DNA of 64,000 bases, taken from the NCBI GenBank assembly GCA_031267535.1, contig JAIRYS010000010.1:124-64123 (forward strand). The letters are read 5' to 3'. This DNA comes from Holosporales bacterium (lineage in GTDB: Bacteria > Pseudomonadota > Alphaproteobacteria > UBA3830 > JAIRWN01). The position numbers were made by a program, and so were the translations under genes. Below the pieces are notes generated by a model. It was not told the DNA's origin and searched no databases. It was given only the letters and a program-made list of their open reading frames with translations. Positions 1 through 7,855 of this stretch are shown here, piece after piece. The stretch's first letter is position 1. Every line of letters starts with the position of its first letter.

Positions 1-99
1 CTTTATTATTAGAAGCCAAAAATTCAATGTATAAAGAAACTTTGGATTAATAAAAGTTTAATTAGCTAAATTCAAAATTTTACAAATGGGGAAATAAAG

Positions 100-179
100 C
101 TAAGATGCCGAAAGGTCTTCAGTTGGAGATGACGATTTGTTATCCCCTGACGCATGAGCATTTAACTAAGACTGGGCTT
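100..179 (-). pseudogene. Decayed duplicate of the rplI 3' end (C-terminal tail plus stop); non-coding relic
   Basis: 80 nt at 100-179 align without gaps to 238-317, the last ~26 codons plus stop of rplI. About 63/80 positions are identical by eye, at an offset of 138 bp. The copy keeps the terminal CTA (TAG on the minus strand) but has a second in-frame stop about 21 codons upstream. No ORF >=60 aa covers it. Confidence 0.6.
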
Positions 180-237
180 ATCTTGATACAAAGCCCGCCT
201 GACTAAACTTAAAGCCCTATAAGCTGGGAAAGTAAAT

Positions 238-774
238 CTAAGATACCGAAGAGTCTTCAGTTGGTAATGGCAATTTATCATCCGCTGACATATAGGCATC
301 TAACTGAGATTGGGCTTCGTCCTGAGATTTTGCGATGTTAACCAAAAATGGAACGTTTACATCTGCATGAAGAGACACATTGGCCGAAAACACTCCAAGC
401 TCTTTCAGAGGAGCAGAAAGCTCTATTTGACCAGTCGAGACTTTGTGGCCTAACTTCCACAGTTCGCCAGCCAAATCCTTCGCCGATACAGATCCGTACA
501 AATGCCCATTTTCACCAGCATGACGTATAATAGTGATGACGGTATTGCGAATTTTTTCCGAGTAAACTTCAGCCTTTGCTCTAAGGTCAGCGTTTTTTGC
601 AATAAGTTGTTCTTTCTTCTCTTGAAAAAAAACGATGTTGTCCTTTGTCGCACGCAAAGCCATGTTATTGGGCAAGAGAAAATTGCGAGCAAAACCCGGC
701 TTGACCTTTACAACGTCACCCAGACCGCCAAGTTTAGGCACCCTTTGCAGTAAAATTATTTCTGTCTGTTTCAT
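238..774 (-). CDS. rplI: 50S ribosomal protein L9
   Basis: 178-aa ORF. The N-terminus MKQTEIILLQRVPKLGGLGDVVKVKPGFARNFLLP is the canonical L9 N-domain. It is the last gene of the rpsF-rpsR-rplI array. Confidence 0.95.
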   Translation of the reverse strand: MKQTEIILLQRVPKLGGLGDVVKVKPGFARNFLLPNNMALRATKDNIVFFQEKKEQLIAKNADLRAKAEVYSEKIRNTVITIIRHAGENGHLYGSVSAKDLAGELWKLGHKVSTGQIELSAPLKELGVFSANVSLHADVNVPFLVNIAKSQDEAQSQLDAYMSADDKLPLPTEDSSVS

Positions 775-792
775 AGGGCTATTTTATCAAAC

Positions 793-1059
793 CTAAACAG
801 CTTTATATGGCATTATAGCCAGAAACCTAGCCCGCTTTATCGCAAGAGTAATTTCGCGCTGCTTTTTAGCTGGAACACCGGTCACTCTAGCTGGAATAAT
901 CCGACCACGCTCAGTAGTAAACTTCTGAAGCGTCTTGACGTCTTTATAATCAATAACTGTGACGTCTATATCATCCTGACGCTTGAACCCCATGCCATAG
1001 CGAGATGACGAAGAAGGCTTGCTGCCCCGTTTTGAGCGATTCTTGCCACGTCCTTGCAT
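793..1059 (-). CDS. rpsR: 30S ribosomal protein S18
   Basis: 88-aa ORF with the S18-like core [49 protein letters not shown]. Its start overlaps the rpsF stop (TAATG). Confidence 0.95.
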   Translation of the reverse strand: MQGRGKNRSKRGSKPSSSSRYGMGFKRQDDIDVTVIDYKDVKTLQKFTTERGRIIPARVTGVPAKKQREITLAIKRARFLAIMPYKAV

Positions 1060-1511
1060 TATTGCTCCTTATCTTGGCCATCCTTGGCCTCTTGATCAAC
1101 GGCGCTATCTGTGGATTTCTCAGACGAAAGCTCTTCCGTTTTGTCTTTATTGTACGCGCCAGAAACTTCTTTGGCTGGAGCCTCGCTTGCTTTCTGATGA
1201 ATCAACGGACATGCGCCTGTATCAAACTTCTTAACTGACACAGTCAAAAAACGAAGAATTTCCTCATTCAATTTCATGTGGCGCTCAGTCTCACGCATAG
1301 TATCCTGCGGCGCCTTAATTTGCATGTAGAAATAGTGCCCTTTGCGATTCTTTCTTATTGGATATGCGCACGAACGCAGGCCGCAATATTCGCCCTTTAC
1401 CACTTCACCAGAGCCGTTTTTGATTATATTAGCAATATTTTCAGCAATCCCCTCAACCTGAGGCTGAGACAGATCCTGCCTGCCTATGAATATATTTTCG
1501 TAAAGACGCAT
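1059..1511 (-). CDS. rpsF: 30S ribosomal protein S6
   Basis: The ORF spans 1059-1538. The S6-type N-terminus [20 protein letters not shown] starts at the internal ATG at 1511, so that start is preferred. The C-terminal tail is acidic. Confidence 0.9.
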   Translation of the reverse strand: MRLYENIFIGRQDLSQPQVEGIAENIANIIKNGSGEVVKGEYCGLRSCAYPIRKNRKGHYFYMQIKAPQDTMRETERHMKLNEEILRFLTVSVKKFDTGACPLIHQKASEAPAKEVSGAYNKDKTEELSSEKSTDSAVDQEAKDGQDKEQ

Positions 1512-1668
1512 CCGCTCCCCAAAACCAACAGCCGCCACCTATGAGCGACCTGCACCAAATTCCACGCAACTCATACAATGTATTAATGCCTTTGGCAAGG
1601 ATAATTTAGGACTTTATGACGTCGGCTGTTGTTGTATATTTCATTAAGATTTAGCTTCTGGAAACAAC

Positions 1669-3447
1669 ATGCATGAATACAGAACTTGCAATTGCAATGC
1701 GGTTAATGGGAATTACTGCGGCAAAACAGTTAAGCTTGCCGGTTGGATTCATCGTAAGCGTGATCACGGCAACTTGCTGTTTATAGATTTGCGCGACCAT
1801 TTTGGTATAACACAGTGTGTAACTGACGTTTCGTCACCAATATTCAAGGATATCGAGCAACTCCGCCTGGAAAGTGTCGTATCATTCAGCGGCGAGATTC
1901 GATTCCGCCCAGAAGATACTGTCAACCCTAATATGCCGACAGGCGAGGTTGAGCTTGTGATAGTCGAGGCAAAATTGCTGTCCTTGGCGGCAACATTGCC
2001 TTTTAGCGTTAATACTGAAAGCGCTTATCCTGAGGATATTCGGCTTAAATATCGGTTTTTAGACTTGCGCAGAGAAAGCGCGCACAGGAATATAGCGCTG
2101 CGATCCCAAGTCGTCACAAGCCTGCGGCGTAGAATGCAAGAAGCCGGATTTCTTGAGGTTCAAACGCCGATATTAACCGCTAGCTCTCCAGAGGGGGCCA
2201 GAGATTACCTCGTGCCGAGTCGAATCCATCCGGGCAAATTTTATGCTTTGCCTCAGGCCCCGCAAATGTTTAAGCAGCTTCTTATGGTCGCTGGGTTTGA
2301 TCGTTATTTTCAAATTGCGCCTTGTTTTCGGGATGAAGACAGCCGAGCAGAGCGGTCTCCTGGTGAGTTTTATCAGCTGGATCTAGAGATGGCCTTTGTC
2401 ACGCAAGAGGACGTTTTTGCCACTATAGAACCAGTGTTGCATGGCGTGTTTGCTGAATTTTCAAGTAAATCAACGATAAGCTCCTACCCCTTCCAGCGTA
2501 TTCCCTACGACGAATCGCTATTGCGCTATGGCACAGATAAGCCTGATTTGCGCAATCCGCTGAAGATTGTCGATTTGACGGAACTGTTTAAGAAGGGCAG
2601 CTTTGATGCCTTTACCAGTATTATAAATAACGAAGGCGGCTTGGTACGCGGTATAAAGGTTGATCACGTGGCCGAAAAAAGCCGCAGTTTTTTCGATAAA
2701 CTGAATGAATGGGCTCAGAACGAAGGGATGCCGGGACTGGGGCACATTTTGTTTAAAAATAACGAATTTAAAGGGCCTATTGCTAAGTTTCTAAGCGGCG
2801 ATCAATTGAAGGAGTTGTCTGCAATTACTAAGCTCGCCGATAGTGGCGGTGTGTTTTTTATATGTTCGAAGCCTAAGACTGTATGGAGGCTGGCCGGAAT
2901 AGTCAGGACTAAGTTGGCTCAGGAGTTAGATTTGATCGATACCGACAGATTTGAATTCTGCTGGATTACGGATTTCCCTATGTATGAGTTTAATGAGGAT
3001 ACTAAAAAAATAGAGTTCTCGCATAATCCGTTTTCTATGCCGCAGGGTGGGCTTGAGGCGCTGAACAGCTCAGCCCCTCTTCAGATTAAGGCATATCAGT
3101 ACGACATAGTTTGCAACGGGGTTGAGCTTTCAAGCGGAGCCATCAGAAATCACCTGCCGGAGGTGATGTTTAAAGCCTTTGCAATCGCGGGTTACAGTAA
3201 AGAGGATGTTGAAAAGAATTTTGCCGGAATGCTGAATGCCTTCAAGTATGGAGCTCCGCCTCATGGCGGCTGCGCGCCGGGTATAGACCGCATAGTGATG
3301 CTTTTAGCAAACGAACCCAACATCAGGGAAGTGATCGCCTTCCCATTCAACCAGCAGGCCCAAGATCTTATGATGAACGCACCTGCCGAAATCGATCCGG
3401 CAAGACTTAAAGAACTTCACATAAAGACTGTTCTGCTCAGCAAATAA
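1669..3447 (+). CDS. aspS: Aspartate--tRNA ligase (class II)
   Basis: 592 aa with AspRS blocks [67 protein letters not shown] and [17 protein letters not shown]. Confidence 0.95.
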   Translation: MHEYRTCNCNAVNGNYCGKTVKLAGWIHRKRDHGNLLFIDLRDHFGITQCVTDVSSPIFKDIEQLRLESVVSFSGEIRFRPEDTVNPNMPTGEVELVIVEAKLLSLAATLPFSVNTESAYPEDIRLKYRFLDLRRESAHRNIALRSQVVTSLRRRMQEAGFLEVQTPILTASSPEGARDYLVPSRIHPGKFYALPQAPQMFKQLLMVAGFDRYFQIAPCFRDEDSRAERSPGEFYQLDLEMAFVTQEDVFATIEPVLHGVFAEFSSKSTISSYPFQRIPYDESLLRYGTDKPDLRNPLKIVDLTELFKKGSFDAFTSIINNEGGLVRGIKVDHVAEKSRSFFDKLNEWAQNEGMPGLGHILFKNNEFKGPIAKFLSGDQLKELSAITKLADSGGVFFICSKPKTVWRLAGIVRTKLAQELDLIDTDRFEFCWITDFPMYEFNEDTKKIEFSHNPFSMPQGGLEALNSSAPLQIKAYQYDIVCNGVELSSGAIRNHLPEVMFKAFAIAGYSKEDVEKNFAGMLNAFKYGAPPHGGCAPGIDRIVMLLANEPNIREVIAFPFNQQAQDLMMNAPAEIDPARLKELHIKTVLLSK

Positions 3448-3449
3448 AA

Positions 3450-3526
3450 TGGCGCGATCGGCAGGATTTGAACCTGCGACACCAGGATTAGGAATCCTGT
3501 GCTCTATCCAGCTGAGCTACGACCGC
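3450..3526 (-). tRNA. tRNA-Arg (anticodon CCT)
   Basis: The reverse complement is GCGGTCGTAGCTCAGCTGGATAGAGCACAGGATTCCTAATCCTGGTGTCGCAGGTTCAAATCCTGCCGATCGCGCCA. It folds as a cloverleaf with the anticodon loop TTCCTAA, a GGTTCAAATCC T-arm and an encoded CCA. Confidence 0.9.
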
Positions 3527-3607
3527 GTTATATGCTTAGACTTAACTTGGGTTTTATAAGCCAGTTGAATCATATTTTCAATATTTCAAAGCTTTATTGC
3601 GGCGCGT

Positions 3608-4381
3608 TTATAGTAACAACTCTATTGATTGTAGCGCGCTGATGATACCCTTGAGATCGATTATCTGCTGAAGCCAGTTCTTTTGATTTTCATCAAGGGA
3701 CGATGCGCTGTCCAAATAATCTTTAGCAGCGAAGGCGGCGGCGTAGATTTCCTGCGCCTTTAGGCGCCCTAAAATCTCCTGTGCTCGACTATCTTTAGTC
3801 TTGATTGAGGTAGTCAAATTGGCAGGTCCACCGTTAATTTGCACAACCTTTATCATTCCGTTTAACCAAGTTGCAGTTTTAGAGGTAACGGTTGAATACC
3901 AACTGTTGCTGAGAAATACTGAGGAAAATTTTGCCAAAATACTGCTTAAAAGCGTAGCCCCCTGATCAGCGTGGTCATTCAAAAATTGCACAGCCTGGGA
4001 CAAACGGTCTTTTTGTTCAAGAGAAAGGACGTCTTGAAATGCCTGCAATTCTGCCCTAAACGCGCGCCCGCCTAGCACTTGTGCTTTTAAGTCTAAGAAC
4101 AACTCAATCGTCCGCACATCTTTGACACGTTCAGTTTGCACAGTTTGAGCAGGCAATACATCAGAATAATGGCATTTAGTAACTTCGCCAGATATAGGCG
4201 TATCACTTAGCGCCGGCGGTATTAAGGCAATATCGCTGCTTTTAACGCTGCGATTTAGTTTCAACGTATCAGAGATCCAGGTTTTCACACCCCAAAAATC
4301 AAGGTGTATGGCCGATAACGCCATTAACGTTAAAATAATTAGAATGATTAAAGATTTTAAAAAAGACACAACCCTTCGCAT
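3608..4381 (-). CDS. Hypothetical membrane-anchored protein (single N-terminal TM; possible mitofilin/Mic60-like C-terminus)
   Basis: 257-aa ORF with an N-terminal hydrophobic helix (LKSLIILIILTLMALSAI). The rest is predicted soluble and helical. The C-terminal segment ...ILGRLKAQEIYAAAFAAKDYLDSASSLDENQKNWLQQIIDLKGIISALQSIE loosely resembles the mitofilin signature. The function is not established. Confidence 0.6.
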   Translation of the reverse strand: MRRVVSFLKSLIILIILTLMALSAIHLDFWGVKTWISDTLKLNRSVKSSDIALIPPALSDTPISGEVTKCHYSDVLPAQTVQTERVKDVRTIELFLDLKAQVLGGRAFRAELQAFQDVLSLEQKDRLSQAVQFLNDHADQGATLLSSILAKFSSVFLSNSWYSTVTSKTATWLNGMIKVVQINGGPANLTTSIKTKDSRAQEILGRLKAQEIYAAAFAAKDYLDSASSLDENQKNWLQQIIDLKGIISALQSIELLL

Positions 4382-4480
4382 ATCTGTTCCTCCCTTTAGA
4401 AAGCGATTACTTCATCACATATACGACAGCTAATGCTACAGAAATGTCGATAAATTCGCAAGCAAAGCGCATACTGCGGC

Positions 4481-4945
4481 TCATTCAGCGGTTGTGCGGT
4501 CCTCTCGCTGAATACGCTCTTGCTTTTCATGGAATTCTTGAGCCTCTATGCCTAAAGTGGCAATGGGCCTGGCTTCTAAACGCTCAAGCGAAATCGGCCT
4601 ACCCGTGGTTTCACAATATCCGTATGTTCCATCCCTGATTTTGCCAAGCGCATAGTCTATTTTGGTTATTAATTTTCTCGCCCTGTCTTTGGCCCTAAGT
4701 TCAACGGCCAGACCACTTTCCTTAGAGGCCTTGTCCAGTAGGTCAATATCGAACGGATCGCAGCTGTCGCGCAGCTCCTGTATAGCATCGCAACTGTCCT
4801 GAATAAGCATTTGGCGCCAGGCAACCAGCTTTCTTCGAAAATATTCAAGCTGGCTTGGGTTCATAAACTCTTCATCCTGGGATGGTCGATATTTTACGTC
4901 AATTTCGCAGATAGGATCGCTGTAAAAGTGATCTGAAGCGCCCAT
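4481..4945 (-). CDS. dksA: RNA polymerase-binding transcription factor DksA (single-Cys variant)
   Basis: DksA blocks FMNPSQLEYFRRKLVAWRQMLIQD and KIRDGTYGYCETTGRPISLERLEARPIATLGIEAQE. The ATG at 4945 is preferred over the TTG at 4963. Confidence 0.85.
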   Translation of the reverse strand: MGASDHFYSDPICEIDVKYRPSQDEEFMNPSQLEYFRRKLVAWRQMLIQDSCDAIQELRDSCDPFDIDLLDKASKESGLAVELRAKDRARKLITKIDYALGKIRDGTYGYCETTGRPISLERLEARPIATLGIEAQEFHEKQERIQREDRTTAE

Positions 4946-5120
4946 AATCACCCAAAGCCACAAACAAGGGAATTATAGATTAAATATTTACGAGCTTACA
5001 AATAAAAATAAGCAAAGTTTTGCAAATAATTATTCATATAAGTCATTTTAAAATATTTTTTTTAAAATTGTTTGTTTATGTTATATTTTAAGTCGGCTGG
5101 TTCTTTAAAAACGCTTAATA

Positions 5121-5438
5121 GTGCTAGTACACAAAAAAACAGAACTAGAAAACAACAATGAAGGGTCTAGTGAATCCAGTTTTTTCAACACGGTTCGACG
5201 TAACAAGCTTATCGCCGCTTGGGTTGCGGATCGACTTGCTCTTCAGGTGAAAGATCGACAAAGATATACGAGGAATTTACTGCTGTTTTCCATTTTAAAT
5301 TTCAGAACGTCGCGGCTTATAGGCTATATAAGCAAGGATTTTGAACAGGCCGGTATCAAAATCACCGAAAAAGAGATTAAAGATAAAGTAAGCGACATTG
5401 CCAGAAGCATAAAAACTGGCCCTAGACAAGTCAAATAA
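5121..5438 (+). CDS. DUF1476 family protein (F1-ATPase inhibitor zeta-subunit-like)
   Basis: 105-aa ORF with a GTG start. The segment VRRNKLIAAWVADRLAL...RQRYTRNLL resembles the ARRNRLLGEWAA block of alphaproteobacterial DUF1476/zeta proteins. The call is from memory of the family, not from a search. Confidence 0.5.
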   Translation: MLVHKKTELENNNEGSSESSFFNTVRRNKLIAAWVADRLALQVKDRQRYTRNLLLFSILNFRTSRLIGYISKDFEQAGIKITEKEIKDKVSDIARSIKTGPRQVK

Positions 5439-5619
5439 GGCCTAGGCCGCTAAGAAGCTAGGGTAAGGTTGCTAAAAGACGCACCTGTGGTATTTGTGCG
5501 CGTCGACTCGGGCACATGTAAAGACAGCGTAAAAGTCTCGGCGTCAAAAGTATTGGGCTATCTGGATATACGAAAGTTTTCACTGATTCTACGCCGAAAT
5601 AACACACTGGATAAACACT

Positions 5620-5705
5620 TGGTGGAGGGGGTAGGATTCGAACCCACGTAGACTTGCGCCGGCAGATTTACAGTCTGCTGCCTTTAACCACTCGGCCACC
5701 CCTCC
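5620..5705 (-). tRNA. tRNA-Tyr (anticodon GTA), long variable arm
   Basis: The reverse complement is GGAGGGGTGGCCGAGTGGTTAAAGGCAGCAGACTGTAAATCTGCCGGCGCAAGTCTACGTGGGTTCGAATCCTACCCCCTCCACCA. The anticodon loop is CTGTAAA. It has a class II long variable arm and an encoded CCA. Confidence 0.9.
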
Positions 5706-5852
5706 CGGGCAAAGCAAGAGATAAGTCATCAATTATGTTTTGTCAACGGGCGCGGCGCTTGGTTGAAATCTGCGTATGTTCTGTTTTTCTGCTTCTCTGT
5801 ACTTTTTCGCTGATGACGATTAACCTACTTCTGTTTAGCGGTATTGGTCGGT

Positions 5853-6332
5853 ATGAGCATAGCCGAAAAAATACAGTCAATAGTAGGCGAATCGCTGCGG
5901 TCACGCGGATACGGTATAGTCGACATTGTTGTATCTGGCGGCAGGATAAATCCTACAGTAGAAGTGTTAATTGAACGCCTAGACGGAGCGGCTATAACTG
6001 TATCCGATTGCACGGGGGCAAGTCGGGTTGTTTCTGCTTTACTAGACGTCGAAAATGTAATAGATAATTCATACAGGTTAAATGTAAGTTCGCCTGGCAT
6101 AGAGCGGCCTTTGACCAAACTTGAGCACTTTGCCAGGTTTATCGGCAAATGTGCAGTGGTTGAGGTGGCGTCGTCTGTATCTGACCGCAAGAAATTTACC
6201 GGAACGATTGTTGCTGTTAAAGAAGATGAAAGTATGCCAAATATATTGTTGCACTTAAAAATAGGGCAAAAGACAATAGAATTGCCGTTTAGCGATATAA
6301 AAAAGGCAAGATTAAAGATAGATGAGTTTTGA
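5853..6332 (+). CDS. rimP: Ribosome maturation factor RimP
   Basis: The sequence ...VEVLIERLDGAAITVSDCTGASRVVSALLDVENVIDNSYRLNVSSPGIERPL is RimP-like. It lies immediately upstream of nusA-infB. The ATG at 5853 is preferred over the TTG at 5844. Confidence 0.9.
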   Translation: MSIAEKIQSIVGESLRSRGYGIVDIVVSGGRINPTVEVLIERLDGAAITVSDCTGASRVVSALLDVENVIDNSYRLNVSSPGIERPLTKLEHFARFIGKCAVVEVASSVSDRKKFTGTIVAVKEDESMPNILLHLKIGQKTIELPFSDIKKARLKIDEF

Positions 6333-6341
6333 GGTTTTTAT

Positions 6342-7850
6342 ATGAACAAGGCCCAGATTTCCGGCCCTGATTTGCTTCAGATAGCTGACGTCGTGGCAAG
6401 AGAAAAAGACCTTGCCAAGGATTTAATTCTTGAGGCGATGGAGGAAGCTATACAAAAAGCCGGCCGAGCCAAATACGGAGATGGGTACGACGTTCGCGCT
6501 CACATTGATCGAAGCAGCGGCGATATCACCATGTATCGCGTGCGCACGGTGGTGGAGGAAGTTGAGGATATTTATAAACAGATTAGTCTTATTGATGCGA
6601 AGCTTATAGACGCGCAACTTTCAATAGGCCAGGAAATCCGTGATGAACTGCCATTGATCGATTTTAACAGAATTGCCGCTCAGGTTGCCAAGCAAGTTAT
6701 TAATCAGAAGGTTCGCGACGCTGAACGCCAGAAACAATATGAAGAGTTCAAGGATCGTGTAGGCGAGGTTGTCAGTGGCGTGGTTAAAAAAGCTGACTTT
6801 AACTCAGTTGTTGTTGAGATTGGGCACGGAGAAGGCGTTCTGCGCCGAGACGGCCTTTTGCCGCGAGAAGCTTTCCGTGTAGGCGACAGGATTCGCGCCT
6901 ACCTCGAGGAGGTTCGTCGTTGCGACACCGGGGCGCAGATATTGTTGTCAAGGACGCATCCTAATTTTATGGCTAAGCTTTTTAGGCAAGAAGTGCCGGA
7001 AATTTATGATGGAGTAATCGAGATCAAGGCCGTAGCCCGCGATCCTGGCAGTCGAGGCAAAATTGCAGTTTACTCGCGCGATCCATCTATTGATCCCATA
7101 GGATCATGTGTAGGAATGCGCGGAGTCCGCGTCCAAGCGGTAGTGCAAGAACTTCAAGGTGAAAAGGTCGACATAGTGCCTTGGTCTGAAGATCCTGCTA
7201 CTTTTGTCGTCAATGCGCTGGCGCCTGCCGAGGTTGTTAAGGTTGTCATTGATCCTGACAAAAAGACATTTGGCGTAGTCATATCTGACGATCAGCTTAG
7301 CATAGCAATAGGTCGTCGTGGCCAAAACGTAAGGCTGGCCAGTCAATTGACTGGATGGAGGATCGATATTTCCACAGAGTCCGAAGACTCTGAGCGTAAA
7401 AACCGCGAATATCACGAAAAATCCCAAATGTTTATGGATGCGCTTGATTGCGACGACGTGATTGCTCACCTGTTAGTGGCGGAGGGCTTTAATTCGTTGG
7501 AGGAGCTTGCTGAAGTAGATCCGTCGGAAGTTGCCGAAATAGAGGGATTTGATAAAACAGTAGCCAAGGAGCTACAAGACCGCGCCATTCAGTTCGTTGA
7601 GAAACGTAATATTGAACTAAAGCAAGAGTTTTTTGATTCGGGCGGCGAAGCAGCCATGTTGGACATAAACGGTATGCAGGTGCAGCTTGCTGCCAAGTTA
7701 GCTAAATCTGACGTTAAAACGCTTGATGACTTGGCTGGGTTGGCTAGCGATGAGCTTATGGAATTGGCGGAAGATCTGCAATTGTCCCAAGAGATTGCCG
7801 ACGCCATTATACTAAAAGCAAGAGAGCCATGGTTTGCTCAAGCTGAATAA
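6342..7850 (+). CDS. nusA: Transcription termination/antitermination factor NusA
   Basis: 502 aa with an S1/KH region (GEVVSGVVKKADFNSVVVEIG, SRTHPNFMAKLFRQEVPEI, AVARDPGSRGKIAV, QLSIAIGRRGQNVRLASQLTGWRIDI) and a C-terminal acidic repeat domain. Confidence 0.95.
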   Translation: MNKAQISGPDLLQIADVVAREKDLAKDLILEAMEEAIQKAGRAKYGDGYDVRAHIDRSSGDITMYRVRTVVEEVEDIYKQISLIDAKLIDAQLSIGQEIRDELPLIDFNRIAAQVAKQVINQKVRDAERQKQYEEFKDRVGEVVSGVVKKADFNSVVVEIGHGEGVLRRDGLLPREAFRVGDRIRAYLEEVRRCDTGAQILLSRTHPNFMAKLFRQEVPEIYDGVIEIKAVARDPGSRGKIAVYSRDPSIDPIGSCVGMRGVRVQAVVQELQGEKVDIVPWSEDPATFVVNALAPAEVVKVVIDPDKKTFGVVISDDQLSIAIGRRGQNVRLASQLTGWRIDISTESEDSERKNREYHEKSQMFMDALDCDDVIAHLLVAEGFNSLEELAEVDPSEVAEIEGFDKTVAKELQDRAIQFVEKRNIELKQEFFDSGGEAAMLDINGMQVQLAAKLAKSDVKTLDDLAGLASDELMELAEDLQLSQEIADAIILKAREPWFAQAE

Positions 7851-7855
7851 TATAG

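Noticed and set aside
5439-5619. 180-bp gap between the DUF1476 gene and tRNA-Tyr, considered as a possible small RNA or terminator region. It contains the GGCCTAGGCC palindrome and an imperfect hairpin, GACGCAC...GTGCGCGTC, near 5499-5526.
   Set aside because: The flanks are convergent, so some terminator structure is expected. I found no conserved sRNA signature (SRP, 6S, tmRNA or RNase P motifs) and no hairpin followed by a clear T-run. It cannot be supported from sequence alone.
5654-5974. 106-aa ORF (5654-5974, +), plus the 60-aa ORF at 5469-5651 and the 121-aa antisense ORF at 5825-6190.
   Set aside because: The first two overlap tRNA-Tyr and the rimP start, and the third is antisense to rimP. 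None has a recognisable motif. The region is better explained by the tRNA, the rimP promoter/leader and rimP itself.
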